Below are positions 12,301-21,301 of a stretch of DNA of 64,000 nt, in pieces. The DNA is from Escherichia coli. Its GTDB lineage: Bacteria > Pseudomonadota > Gammaproteobacteria > Enterobacterales > Enterobacteriaceae. Both the position numbers and the translations under genes were made by a program. The DNA lies in assembly GCF_041886205.1 (NCBI RefSeq), contig NZ_CP169029.1. One strand, 5' to 3'. Below the pieces are notes generated by a model. It had not been told where the DNA came from. It worked only from the letters and a program-made list of their open reading frames with translations, and ran no database searches. How positions within the stretch are numbered: the stretch's first letter is position 1; every line of letters starts with the position of its first letter.

Positions 12301-13281
12301 ATCGTAACGTTGATGGCGACGCATTTTTTTCAGTTGAGCCGCCAGTCGGGTTGCCAGTTCCGGCAGCGTTTCTTGCGCCGCAATGTGAATACCCAACGGT
12401 AAAACGTTGAGCACGGGTCCGCTAGCCGTCAGCGCCGCCGAGCCCAGTCGACGCATAAAGATAAATCCGGCGGCATAGTCCATGCGATTGCACAATCGCC
12501 CCAGCCACAAGGCTGCCAGCGCAAGGGCTAAATCGGTACGCTGCACACCTGAAAGTTGCGTAGCCAGCTGGCGGAATTCCCCGTCGGTAAATTCCAGTTT
12601 CAGGCGCAGAATATCTGCCGAAGCGCTGCGCCCCGCTAAAGGTGCCGGAGAAAGTGACGCGGGCGGCGGCAGTTGACGACGCTGTTCTGCCCAGAATGCC
12701 GCATCACGCTGCCAGGCTTCGCTTTCGCGGTATTGCTGGTACTCTTCCACTACATCAGCGAAAGGCGTAAACGGCGAAGCAGGCGTTGGTTCGCCACGCA
12801 GCCATGTGCAGTAAATATTGGCGATCTGGCGAGTAATGGCCGGGAAACTGAAGCCATCGACCAGCAAATGGTGATAACGCTGATACCAGTACCAGCGGTT
12901 ATCCGCAACATGTATCAGCTGATGAAAGACCAGTGGTTTACCGCTATCGACGCGCAAATCTTGTTGCAAATCCGCCAGCATTAATGCCTGCGCAGTACCG
13001 TGCGGATCAATATTGGTTCGCAGGTCGATAATTTCTGGCAGTTCGAATATCAGCGCATCATCGACCCACTGCCAGACTTCGCCGTTATCTTCCGTAAAAC
13101 GCATCCGCAACGTATCTGCTTGCGCTAGTCCGGCAACCACCGCGCGGGCCAGTAATGGCGCATCAACCTCTCCGGTTAACTCAACGTAATGCGCTACGCT
13201 CCAGGCGGAGGGTAAATCCGACAGTTTTTCTGCCATCCAGATGCCGGGCTGTGCGGCGACCAAAGGTAAATGCTGGCTCAT
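9400..13281 (-). CDS. entF: enterobactin synthase NRPS component EntF (C-A-PCP-TE, serine activating)
   Basis: 1293 aa ORF MSQHLPLVAAQPGIWMAEKL with adenylation motifs (SGSTGRPKG), PCP motif (GGHSLLAM) and thioesterase motif GYSLGG. Confidence 0.95.
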   Translation of the reverse strand: MSQHLPLVAAQPGIWMAEKLSDLPSAWSVAHYVELTGEVDAPLLARAVVAGLAQADTLRMRFTEDNGEVWQWVDDALIFELPEIIDLRTNIDPHGTAQALMLADLQQDLRVDSGKPLVFHQLIHVADNRWYWYQRYHHLLVDGFSFPAITRQIANIYCTWLRGEPTPASPFTPFADVVEEYQQYRESEAWQRDAAFWAEQRRQLPPPASLSPAPLAGRSASADILRLKLEFTDGEFRQLATQLSGVQRTDLALALAALWLGRLCNRMDYAAGFIFMRRLGSAALTASGPVLNVLPLGIHIAAQETLPELATRLAAQLKKMRRHQRYDAEQIVRDSGRAAGDEPLFGPVLNIKVFDYQLDIPGVQAQTHTLATGPVNDLELALFPDEHGDLSIEILANKQRYDEPTLIQHAERLKMLIAQFAADPALLCGDVDIMLPGEYAQLAQINATQVEIPETTLSALVAEQAAKTPDAPALADARYLFSYREMREQVVALANLLRERGVKPGDSVAVALPRSVFLTLALHAIVEAGAAWLPLDTGYPDDRLKMMLEDARPSLLITTDDQLPRFSDVPNLTSLCYNAPLTPQGSAPLQLSQPHHTAYIIFTSGSTGRPKGVMVGQTAIVNRLLWMQNHYPLTGEDVVAQKTPCSFDVSVWEFFWPFIAGAKLVMAEPEAHRDPLAMQQFFAEYGVTTTHFVPSMLAAFVASLTPQTARQSCATLKQVFCSGEALPADLCREWQQLTGAPLHNLYGPTEAAVDVSWYPAFGEELAQVRGSSVPIGYPVWNTGLRILDAMMHPVPPGVAGDLYLTGIQLAQGYLGRPDLTASRFIADPFAPGERMYRTGDVARWLDNGAVEYLGRSDDQLKIRGQRIELGEIDRVMQALPDVEQAVTHACVINQAAATGGDARQLVGYLVSQSGLPLDTSALQAQLRETLPPHMVPVVLLQLPQLPLSANGKLDRKALPLPELKAQAPRRAPKAGSETIIAAAFSSLLGCDVQDADADFFALGGHSLLAMKLAAQLSRQFARQVTPGQVMVASTVAKLATIIDAEEDSSRRMGFETILPLREGNGPTLFCFHPASGFAWQFSVLSRYLDPQWSIIGIQSPRPNGPMQTAANLDEVCEAHLATLLEHQPHGPYYLLGYSLGGTLAQGIAARLRARGEQVAFLGLLDTWPPETQNWQEKEANGLDPEVLAEINREREAFLAAQQGSTSTELFTTIEGNYADAVRLLTTAHSVPFDGKATLFVAERTLQEGMSPERAWSPWIAGLDIYRTDCAHVDIISPGAFEKIGPIIRATLNR

Positions 13282-13496
13282 TGCGCCTCCTGCAACTGGG
13301 TGAAATTCGCCGGTGTCAGAGTACGCCAGTGGGCTTCAAGCCACTGCTGGCAGGACTCTTGTGACTGCGGCTGACACACAATGTCCCAGCCTGCCGGTAA
13401 GGCGCATTGTTGCGGCCACAGACTGAATTGCCCCTGCGCATTGCGCAAAATGTAAAACGCTCCCTGTGGATCATCGAAGGGATTACTGAATGCCAT
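13278..13496 (-). CDS. ybdZ: MbtH-like protein YbdZ
   Basis: MAFSNPFDDPQGAFYILRNAQGQFSLWP...; 72 aa from the ATG at 13496; overlaps the entF start by 4 nt. Confidence 0.88.
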   Translation of the reverse strand: MAFSNPFDDPQGAFYILRNAQGQFSLWPQQCALPAGWDIVCQPQSQESCQQWLEAHWRTLTPANFTQLQEAQ

Positions 13497-13498
13497 AT

Positions 13499-14701
13499 TC
13501 AACTCCTGTCATGGAAAAGTGGTTGCCAGAGGTCGATTAGCCCCTGCATCAAGCCACCGCGCCAACAAAGCGCATCATGTCCGCCGTCAACCTGACGCCA
13601 GAAAATGGATTCTTTTATGGGGTGTAATTGCGCATACAGCGCCTGATTGGCCCGCATAATCATCGGCTCGCGAATACCCGCTTCCAGCACAATGCGCAGA
13701 CCTTCGGCGCTAACTTCACCAGCTTTAAGCTTTTCAAGTAACACGCCCTCTTGCTGCCCGCCCCGATGCGGCCACCAGTACGATCCTGACTGGCTTAATA
13801 CACAACCAAAACGTTCAGGCCAGTGCAGTCCGGCATACAGCGCGGAAAGTCCACCAAAACTCTGCCCGGCAACCACGGTGCGATCGGCGCGATCGCTAAA
13901 AGGGGCAATAGCTTTCACCAGGGGTAATAACTCTTGCTGTACTGCGAGCCAGAAATCCGCATTACACGGCAGTTCGTGAGCGCGGTGCGTGGTGTCGATA
14001 GCGTCGATCAACACATACACGGCGGGAGGAAGTTGCTGACGATGGGTCAGCGAAGTCAGCACAGGCCAGACGGGCATACTTTGCGCCCAAAATTCGCCAT
14101 CGAGCAAAACTGCCAGCGGACGTTCTTCTGCTGTTACATCGCCGGTGGTAAAAATCCATACACGCCGTGAATTTTTCAACCGTTCACTTTTCCAGATAAT
14201 TTCTTTGGCTGCTATTTCTGGCGCTTGCGGACAATCCCATCCCGGTTGCAGAGGCGCTTGCGGCATTTCGAGTGCAGAAACAGCGTGCCCTCGCCCGCCT
14301 TTCCAGCTTTGTGGATTCAGCGGATCGGCTATTGCCTGGGGTAATAGTTTTCGCCAGCCTTCACGTAATTCGAGGCGATCGGGGGATGGTGCAGAAAAAA
14401 TGTCATCGCGTTCGGTGGGAATAAAGCAGTAGCTGCCGCGCCAGTTGGCATTGAGTTGTGTCGTCCACTGCCAGACATCAGTACCTGCAATTCGCTGCAT
14501 CGACTGGGGCTGGCTGTTCTGATGATGATCGGTCACACCAGTGATGTAGATCCATACGCGCTTTATCGTCGAGTATTCTTCAGAACCTTGGGGATCACGC
14601 CACCAGAAAGTGACCTCAAACATTTCGTCATTCAGACGCTGCCATTCCGGGCCATGTTTCGACTGCCACCAGCTCTCACTTCCTACTTTTAACGCCGTCA
14701 C
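13499..14701 (-). CDS. fes: enterochelin esterase Fes
   Basis: 400 aa ORF MTALKVGSESWWQSKHGPEW with GQSFGG esterase motif; GTG start. Confidence 0.9.
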   Translation of the reverse strand: MTALKVGSESWWQSKHGPEWQRLNDEMFEVTFWWRDPQGSEEYSTIKRVWIYITGVTDHHQNSQPQSMQRIAGTDVWQWTTQLNANWRGSYCFIPTERDDIFSAPSPDRLELREGWRKLLPQAIADPLNPQSWKGGRGHAVSALEMPQAPLQPGWDCPQAPEIAAKEIIWKSERLKNSRRVWIFTTGDVTAEERPLAVLLDGEFWAQSMPVWPVLTSLTHRQQLPPAVYVLIDAIDTTHRAHELPCNADFWLAVQQELLPLVKAIAPFSDRADRTVVAGQSFGGLSALYAGLHWPERFGCVLSQSGSYWWPHRGGQQEGVLLEKLKAGEVSAEGLRIVLEAGIREPMIMRANQALYAQLHPIKESIFWRQVDGGHDALCWRGGLMQGLIDLWQPLFHDRS

Positions 14702-14753
14702 ACCATAACCCCATGTTTACTGTGCAATTTTTCATTGATTGCAGAAATATATT

Positions 14754-14787
14754 GATAATATTATTGATAACTATTTGCATTTGCAAT
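14754..14787. promoter_or_regulatory. tandem Fur boxes in the fes/fepA divergent promoter
   Basis: gataatattattgataactatttgcatttgcaat; repeated GATAAT-like hexamers in the 242 bp fes-fepA intergenic region. Confidence 0.8.
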
Positions 14788-14943
14788 AGCGTAATGGCGC
14801 GCCGTGGGAAGCGCGGACATTTATTAACCAACTGCACTGCGTGTCTTTCAGGATCAAAGGTTTTCGCGGTAGCGGGATGCGTCGTGTTGAGGACGACCAT
14901 GCCCGACAGTTGCAATTCGTGGCAAAAATGCAGGAATAAAACA

Positions 14944-17184
14944 ATGAACAAGAAGATTCATTCCCTGGCCTTGTTGGTCAATCTGGGGATTTATGGGGTA
15001 GCGCAGGCACAAGAGCCGACCGATACTCCTGTTTCACATGACGATACCATTGTCGTTACCGCCGCCGAGCAGAACTTACAGGCGCCTGGCGTTTCGACCA
15101 TCACCGCAGATGAAATCCGCAAAAACCCCGTTGCCCGCGATGTGTCGGAGATCATCCGTACCATGCCAGGCGTTAACCTGACCGGTAACTCCACCAGTGG
15201 TCAGCGTGGGAATAACCGACAGATTGATATTCGCGGTATGGGTCCGGAAAACACGCTGATTTTGATTGACGGCAAACCGGTCAGCAGCCGTAACTCGGTG
15301 CGTCAGGGCTGGCGTGGCGAGCGCGATACCCGTGGTGATACTTCCTGGGTGCCGCCTGAAATGATTGAACGTATTGAAGTTCTGCGTGGTCCGGCAGCAG
15401 CGCGTTATGGCAACGGCGCGGCGGGTGGCGTAGTTAACATCATTACCAAAAAAGGCAGCGGTGAGTGGCACGGTTCCTGGGACGCTTATTTCAATGCGCC
15501 AGAACATAAAGAGGAAGGTGCCACTAAACGCACCAACTTCAGCCTGACCGGTCCGCTGGGCGACGAATTCAGCTTCCGCTTGTATGGCAACCTCGACAAA
15601 ACCCAGGCTGACGCGTGGGATATCAACCAGGGCCATCAGTCCGCGCGTGCTGGAACGTATGCCACGACGTTACCAGCCGGGCGCGAAGGGGTGATCAACA
15701 AAGATATTAATGGTGTCATTCGTTGGGATTTCGCACCTATGCAGTCACTCGAACTGGAAGCGGGCTACAGCCGCCAAGGTAACCTGTATGCGGGCGATAC
15801 CCAGAACACCAATTCTGACGCTTACACTCGCTCGAAATATGGCGATGAAACCAACCGCCTGTATCGCCAGAACTACGCGCTGACCTGGAACGGTGGCTGG
15901 GATAACGGCGTGACCACCAGCAACTGGGTGCAGTACGAACACACCCGTAACTCGCGTATTCCGGAAGGTCTGGCAGGCGGTACCGAAGGGAAATTTAACG
16001 AAAAAGCGACACAGGATTTCGTCGATATCGATCTCGATGACGTGATGCTGCACAGCGAAGTTAACCTGCCGATTGATTTCCTCGTTAACCAGACGCTGAC
16101 GCTGGGTACGGAGTGGAATCAGCAGCGGATGAAGGACTTAAGTTCCAACACCCAGGCGCTGACCGGAACGAATACCGGTGGCGCTATTGATGGCGTGAGT
16201 GCCACCGACCGTAGCCCGTATTCAAAAGCAGAAATTTTCTCGCTGTTTGCCGAAAACAACATGGAGCTGACTGACAGCACCATCGTAACGCCGGGGCTGC
16301 GTTTCGATCATCACAGTATTGTCGGCAATAACTGGAGCCCGGCGCTCAACATATCGCAAGGTTTAGGCGATGACTTCACGCTGAAAATGGGCATTGCCCG
16401 CGCCTATAAAGCGCCGAGCCTGTACCAGACTAACCCGAACTACATTCTCTACAGTAAAGGTCAGGGCTGCTATGCCAGCGCGGGCGGCTGCTATCTGCAA
16501 GGTAACGATGACCTGAAAGCAGAAACCAGCATCAACAAAGAGATTGGTCTGGAGTTCAAGCGCGACGGCTGGCTGGCGGGCGTCACCTGGTTCCGTAACG
16601 ATTATCGCAATAAGATTGAAGCGGGCTATGTGGCTGTAGGGCAAAACGCAGTCGGCACCGATCTCTATCAGTGGGATAACGTGCCGAAAGCGGTGGTTGA
16701 AGGTCTGGAAGGATCGTTAAACGTACCGGTTAGCGAAACGGTGATGTGGACTAATAACATCACTTATATGCTGAAGAGTGAAAACAAAACCACGGGCGAC
16801 CGTTTGTCGATCATCCCGGAGTATACGTTGAACTCAACGCTGAGCTGGCAGGCACGGGAAGATTTGTCGATGCAAACGACCTTCACCTGGTACGGCAAGC
16901 AGCAGCCGAAGAAGTACAACTATAAAGGTCAGCCAGCAGTTGGCCCGGAAACCAAAGAAATCAGTCCGTACAGCATTGTTGGCCTGAGCGCGACCTGGGA
17001 TGTGACGAAGAACGTCAGTCTGATCGGCGGCGTGGACAACCTGTTCGACAAACGTTTGTGGCGTGCGGGTAATGCCCAGACCACGGGCGATTTGGCAGGA
17101 GCCAACTATATCGCGGGTGCCGGGGCGTATACCTATAACGAGCCGGGACGTACGTGGTACATGAGCGTTAATACTCACTTCTGA
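14944..17184 (+). CDS. fepA: TonB-dependent ferric enterobactin outer membrane receptor FepA
   Basis: MNKKIHSLALLVNLGIYGVAQAQE signal peptide, TonB-box-like DTIVVTA, C-terminal aromatic residue; 746 aa from the ATG at 14944 (the track ORF extends further upstream). Confidence 0.95.
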   Translation: MNKKIHSLALLVNLGIYGVAQAQEPTDTPVSHDDTIVVTAAEQNLQAPGVSTITADEIRKNPVARDVSEIIRTMPGVNLTGNSTSGQRGNNRQIDIRGMGPENTLILIDGKPVSSRNSVRQGWRGERDTRGDTSWVPPEMIERIEVLRGPAAARYGNGAAGGVVNIITKKGSGEWHGSWDAYFNAPEHKEEGATKRTNFSLTGPLGDEFSFRLYGNLDKTQADAWDINQGHQSARAGTYATTLPAGREGVINKDINGVIRWDFAPMQSLELEAGYSRQGNLYAGDTQNTNSDAYTRSKYGDETNRLYRQNYALTWNGGWDNGVTTSNWVQYEHTRNSRIPEGLAGGTEGKFNEKATQDFVDIDLDDVMLHSEVNLPIDFLVNQTLTLGTEWNQQRMKDLSSNTQALTGTNTGGAIDGVSATDRSPYSKAEIFSLFAENNMELTDSTIVTPGLRFDHHSIVGNNWSPALNISQGLGDDFTLKMGIARAYKAPSLYQTNPNYILYSKGQGCYASAGGCYLQGNDDLKAETSINKEIGLEFKRDGWLAGVTWFRNDYRNKIEAGYVAVGQNAVGTDLYQWDNVPKAVVEGLEGSLNVPVSETVMWTNNITYMLKSENKTTGDRLSIIPEYTLNSTLSWQAREDLSMQTTFTWYGKQQPKKYNYKGQPAVGPETKEISPYSIVGLSATWDVTKNVSLIGGVDNLFDKRLWRAGNAQTTGDLAGANYIAGAGAYTYNEPGRTWYMSVNTHF

Positions 17185-17223
17185 TGCTAACGTCAGATTG
17201 TTGACAAAGTGCGCGTCGTTCAT

Positions 17224-17323
17224 GCCGGATGCGGCGTGAACGCCTTATCAGGCCTACAAAAATCTTGTCAATTCAATATATTGCAGGATCACGTAGGCCT
17301 GATAAGCGTAGCGCATCAGGCAG
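17224..17323. repeat. REP/BIME element (two inverted REP units) between fepA and entD
   Basis: gccggatgcggcgtgaacgccttatcaggcctac and the inverted partner gtaggcctgataagcgtagcgcatcaggca. Confidence 0.85.
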
Positions 17324-17358
17324 TTTTGCGTTTGTCATCAGTCTCTAATATGGTCGAC

Positions 17359-17979
17359 ATGAAAACTACGCATACCACCCTCCCCTTTGCCGGAAATACG
17401 CTGCATTTTGTTGAGTTCGATCCGGCGAGTTTTTGTGAGCAGGATTTACTCTGGCTGCCACACTACGCGCAACTGCAACACGCTGGACGGAAGCGCAAAG
17501 CCGAACATTTAGCCGGACGAGTCGCCGCCGTTCATGCTTTACGAGAGTATGGTTTGAAAGGCACACCTGCAATTGGTCGTCATCGCCAGCCTGTCTGGCC
17601 TGCGGAGGTATACGGCAGTATTAGCCACTGCGGGGCTACGGCATTGGCCGTGGTATCCCGTCAACCGATTGGTATTGATATCGAAGAAATTTTTTCTGCG
17701 CAAACAGCGACCGAATTGACAGACAACATTATTACACCAGCAGAACACGAGCGACTCGCAGACTGCGGTTTAGCCTTTTCTCTGGCGCTGACACTGGCAT
17801 TTTCCGCCAAAGAGAGCGCATTTAAGGCAAGTGAGATCCAAACTGATGCAGGTTTTCTGGACTATCAGATAATTAGCTGGAATAAACAGCAGGTCATCAT
17901 TCATCGTGAGAATGAGATATTTGCTGTGCACTGGCAGATAAAAGAGAAAATAGTCATAACTCTGTGCCAACACGATTAA
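17359..17979 (+). CDS. entD: phosphopantetheinyl transferase EntD
   Basis: MKTTHTTLPFAGNTLHFVEFDP...; 206 aa from the ATG at 17359 (alternative ATG at 17350 gives MVDMKTT); the 256 aa track ORF is an extension across the REP element. Confidence 0.85.
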   Translation: MKTTHTTLPFAGNTLHFVEFDPASFCEQDLLWLPHYAQLQHAGRKRKAEHLAGRVAAVHALREYGLKGTPAIGRHRQPVWPAEVYGSISHCGATALAVVSRQPIGIDIEEIFSAQTATELTDNIITPAEHERLADCGLAFSLALTLAFSAKESAFKASEIQTDAGFLDYQIISWNKQQVIIHRENEIFAVHWQIKEKIVITLCQHD

Positions 17980-18089
17980 TTGACCACATCTGGTACGATT
18001 CGCCCGCAGCCATCACTGACCGCGGGCGAAAGTGTAAAGCAGGTGCCTTACCACCCTGACCTGACAACCGGATATGCGGGGATTACTCC

Positions 18090-19428
18090 CATAAGCGCTA
18101 ACTTAAGGGTTGAACCATCTGAAGAATGCGACGCCTCGGTGCCTCGTTAAGACGATGCCTCGCGTTCTTCAATTGCGTTTTGTAGGCTGTCAGGGATACT
18201 GTCCCACGAATGGCCACCTGTAAGCTCCAGATGACCATTTTTGTTATTCTCCACAACGAGTTAGTTCTTCTTTTCGGATCCGGCACTTCTGGGGGGGAAA
18301 TCCAGCGATGGCTGGATTATGTCGTCAATTAAAAATGCGGCGAGTAGATTAGCAAATATCCACGCTTTCGCGAGTTCAGGTTCCTTTGCACGCAAAGCAT
18401 CCAGGTGCAGCAAACTTTTGAGCCGCTTAAAAGCCAGTTCAATTTGCCATCGCAGACGGTAACAATCAGCCACTTGCTCTGCTGAATATTCATCTTCCGG
18501 TAATGATGTTAGCAATAGCACATGGCCCGCTGCTTCCAGCGTTTCCGCCTGAACTACTCGTCCTTTTCGACGATTCTCGCTGAGCAGTCGGGTTTTACTG
18601 ATTAATGCTTTTTCGGGAGGAAGTGATACGGCAATGAGACGTGCCGGAAAGGGAGCTCCGGCTTTTTTATTACCTGAATTGCCTATCATTACAGTGGTTT
18701 CACCGTTCTTACCGCAATCCAGCCCGCGCAGAAAACCCATCATGTCAAAGCGCATTCCTTCTGCAGTTAACCAGCGCAATCCTCGCCAGTGAACCCGGAC
18801 GATATAATCAGCTTCTCCAAAAGCAAGTGAGCGGATACATTCGGGACGCGAACCGAATCCCCGGTCAGCAATGCGTATCTCGTCTGCCGTTTGCGCAAAT
18901 CGGTCCAGCCGTTCAGCGTCTCTGCTGTCGGTTAGCTCAAAATCAGTGAACTGACAGGTATGAGGATCATATCCCATATGTAGTCGCCATTCAGCGCTGC
19001 CGCCCCCGGGCGCACTGATTGCTGTTCCATCGACAAGACGCAATCTCTTTCCGCTTGTACAACCCGTAACTGCGGCGCGTACAGCAAGTGTTTGTGCGGC
19101 AAGTATGCCAAACCAGTCGGCGGCATTCCGCAGCCGCTTCAGGAGAGCCACGTCAGATAATGTTGCAACGTCATGGAGCTGAGCCCATGCAGTGACTTCA
19201 CGTAATGACATCCCCCCGGGGCCGTAAGCCAGCCCCAGACGTAGCAGAGTTGCAGCATCACGAATTTCGCGGCGGCGGGTTAGAGCCCCGGCATTACGTG
19301 CCGAAGTATCCAGTTCTTCGGGCTTACCAATATGGGCCAGAATTGCTGACCAGTTATCGTGAGAGTAATTCATCGGCACGTTAAATCATATCAGGCGTAA
19401 TACCACAACCCTTAAGTTAGCGCTTATG
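18090..19428 (-). mobile_element. IS186 (IS4 family), copy 1, complete; transposase on the minus strand
   Basis: Terminal inverted repeats cataagcgctaacttaagggttg (18090-18112) and caacccttaagttagcgcttatg (19406-19428); flanked by direct repeats ggattactcc (18080-18089 and 19429-19438); boundaries accurate to about 1 bp. Confidence 0.92.
18261..19373 (-). CDS. insL: IS186 transposase
   Basis: ORF MNYSHDNWSAILAHIGKPEELDTSARNAG...; 370 aa from the internal Met, the track ORF starts two codons earlier at 19379. Confidence 0.93.
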   Translation of the reverse strand: MNYSHDNWSAILAHIGKPEELDTSARNAGALTRRREIRDAATLLRLGLAYGPGGMSLREVTAWAQLHDVATLSDVALLKRLRNAADWFGILAAQTLAVRAAVTGCTSGKRLRLVDGTAISAPGGGSAEWRLHMGYDPHTCQFTDFELTDSRDAERLDRFAQTADEIRIADRGFGSRPECIRSLAFGEADYIVRVHWRGLRWLTAEGMRFDMMGFLRGLDCGKNGETTVMIGNSGNKKAGAPFPARLIAVSLPPEKALISKTRLLSENRRKGRVVQAETLEAAGHVLLLTSLPEDEYSAEQVADCYRLRWQIELAFKRLKSLLHLDALRAKEPELAKAWIFANLLAAFLIDDIIQPSLDFPPRSAGSEKKN

Positions 19429-19850
19429 GGATTACTCCCCGCACAGCGGCTACTTCTTCGGTTCGTAAGCGAGAACAGCCTTAAACTCAATATTACGTTC
19501 CTTTACCGTAAACTCACACAACGAGTCTCCGACCAGAAGCGTAAATCCCAGCACCGTCAAACACAGCACTATGACTGCCACAAGGGCATATTTCGTCAGC
19601 ATGTTTATATTGCCTCCATGCGAAGAAGGGACTACCATCCGAGTTGTTGAGGTTCGGAGTGGCAGCCCCAGGATTGATAGAAATTTCTCCTGGGGCTTCA
19701 TCTTTCCAGACCTCAGAGTTAACCTGAAACCGGAAAGCTTCAGGCACCCGCCGTTATCTTACCCTTCCTTAGCAAAATAGCTGTTTATTTATACAGTGAG
19801 TCCTGTTTCGGACTTCTGTCAGCAAAACTCATCATTGCTCTTAAAACGAA
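19429..19850 (-). other. hok/sok-type type I toxin-antitoxin module, copy A (hokE coding region plus upstream mok/sok leader); its 3' UTR is separated by IS186 copy 1
   Basis: Contains the hokE ORF with GGAGG Shine-Dalgarno, an in-frame upstream ORF (19450-19701) and an overlapping out-of-frame ORF (19514-19747) as mok candidates; the 3' hairpin segment now lies at 18000-18089. Confidence 0.7.
19450..19602 (-). CDS. hokE: Hok-family membrane toxin HokE, copy A
   Basis: 50 aa [50 protein letters not shown]; single transmembrane helix typical of Hok/Gef; stop codon 21 bp from the IS186 end. Confidence 0.9.
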   Translation of the reverse strand: MLTKYALVAVIVLCLTVLGFTLLVGDSLCEFTVKERNIEFKAVLAYEPKK

Positions 19851-19941
19851 ATCGCCCGCAGCCATCACTGACCGCGGGCGAAAGTGTAAAGCAGGTGCCT
19901 TACCATCCTGACCTGACAACCGGATATGCGGGGATTGCTCC

Positions 19942-21280
19942 CATAAGCGCTAACTTAAGGGTTGTGGTATTACGCCTGATATGATTTAACGTGCCGATGA
20001 ATTACTCTCACGATAACTGGTCAGCAATTCTGGCCCATATTGGTAAGCCCGAAGAACTGGATACTTCGGCACGTAATGCCGGGGCTCTAACCCGCCGCCG
20101 CGAAATTCGTGATGCTGCAACTCTGCTACGTCTGGGGCTGGCTTACGGCCCCGGGGGGATGTCATTACGTGAAGTCACTGCATGGGCTCAGCTCCATGAC
20201 GTTGCAACATTATCTGACGTGGCTCTCCTGAAGCGGCTGCGGAATGCCGCCGACTGGTTTGGCATACTTGCCGCACAAACACTTGCTGTACGCGCCGCAG
20301 TTACGGGTTGTACAAGCGGAAAGAGATTGCGTCTTGTCGATGGAACAGCAATCAGTGCGCCCGGGGGCGGCAGCGCTGAATGGCGACTACATATGGGATA
20401 TGATCCTCATACCTGTCAGTTCACTGATTTTGAGCTAACCGACAGCAGAGACGCTGAACGGCTGGACCGATTTGCGCAAACGGCAGACGAGATACGCATT
20501 GCTGACCGGGGATTCGGTTCGCGTCCCGAATGTATCCGCTCACTTGCTTTTGGAGAAGCTGATTATATCGTCCGGGTTCACTGGCGAGGATTGCGCTGGT
20601 TAACTGCAGAAGGAATGCGCTTTGACATGATGGGTTTTCTGCGCGGGCTGGATTGCGGTAAGAACGGTGAAACCACTGTAATGATAGGCAATTCAGGTAA
20701 TAAAAAAGCCGGAGCTCCCTTTCCGGCACGTCTCATTGCCGTATCACTTCCTCCCGAAAAAGCATTAATCAGTAAAACCCGACTGCTCAGCGAGAATCGT
20801 CGAAAAGGACGAGTAGTTCAGGCGGAAACGCTGGAAGCAGCGGGCCATGTGCTATTGCTAACATCATTACCGGAAGATGAATATTCAGCAGAGCAAGTGG
20901 CTGATTGTTACCGTCTGCGATGGCAAATTGAACTGGCTTTTAAGCGGCTCAAAAGTTTGCTGCACCTGGATGCTTTGCGTGCAAAGGAACCTGAACTCGC
21001 GAAAGCGTGGATATTTGCTAATCTACTCGCCGCATTTTTAATTGACGACATAATCCAGCCATCGCTGGATTTCCCCCCCAGAAGTGCCGGATCCGAAAAG
21101 AAGAACTAACTCGTTGTGGAGAATAACAAAAATGGTCATCTGGAGCTTACAGGTGGCCATTCGTGGGACAGTATCCCTGACAGCCTACAAAACGCAATTG
21201 AAGAACGCGAGGCATCGTCTTAACGAGGCACCGAGGCGTCGCATTCTTCAGATGGTTCAACCCTTAAGTTAGCGCTTATG
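19942..21280 (+). mobile_element. IS186, copy 2, complete; inverted relative to copy 1
   Basis: Same 23 bp terminal inverted repeats at 19942-19964 and 21258-21280; flanked by direct repeats ggattgctcc (19932-19941 and 21281-21290); transposase protein identical to copy 1. Confidence 0.92.
19997..21109 (+). CDS. insL: IS186 transposase
   Basis: 370 aa, identical in protein sequence to the copy-1 transposase. Confidence 0.93.
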   Translation: MNYSHDNWSAILAHIGKPEELDTSARNAGALTRRREIRDAATLLRLGLAYGPGGMSLREVTAWAQLHDVATLSDVALLKRLRNAADWFGILAAQTLAVRAAVTGCTSGKRLRLVDGTAISAPGGGSAEWRLHMGYDPHTCQFTDFELTDSRDAERLDRFAQTADEIRIADRGFGSRPECIRSLAFGEADYIVRVHWRGLRWLTAEGMRFDMMGFLRGLDCGKNGETTVMIGNSGNKKAGAPFPARLIAVSLPPEKALISKTRLLSENRRKGRVVQAETLEAAGHVLLLTSLPEDEYSAEQVADCYRLRWQIELAFKRLKSLLHLDALRAKEPELAKAWIFANLLAAFLIDDIIQPSLDFPPRSAGSEKKN

Positions 21281-21301
21281 GGATTGCTCCCCGCACAACG
21301 G

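Noticed and set aside
15076-15636. 186 aa antisense ORF inside fepA
   Set aside because: Overlaps a conserved receptor gene on the opposite strand with no start context; treated as spurious.
17209-17979. 256 aa ORF extending entD 50 codons upstream
   Set aside because: The extension runs through the REP/BIME element and lacks a ribosome-binding site; the internal ATG at 17359 gives the canonical EntD N-terminus (MKTTHT...).
19571-19780. 69 aa plus-strand ORF antisense to the hokE-A leader
   Set aside because: Probably a chance ORF; the antisense partner of hok loci is a short non-coding Sok RNA, whose exact ends I cannot define from sequence alone.
18090-21280. IS186-hokE-IS186 as a composite transposon that moved as a unit
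   Set aside because: The outer flanking repeats differ (ggattactcc versus ggattgctcc) while each IS has its own perfect 10 bp duplication, so the two elements inserted separately.
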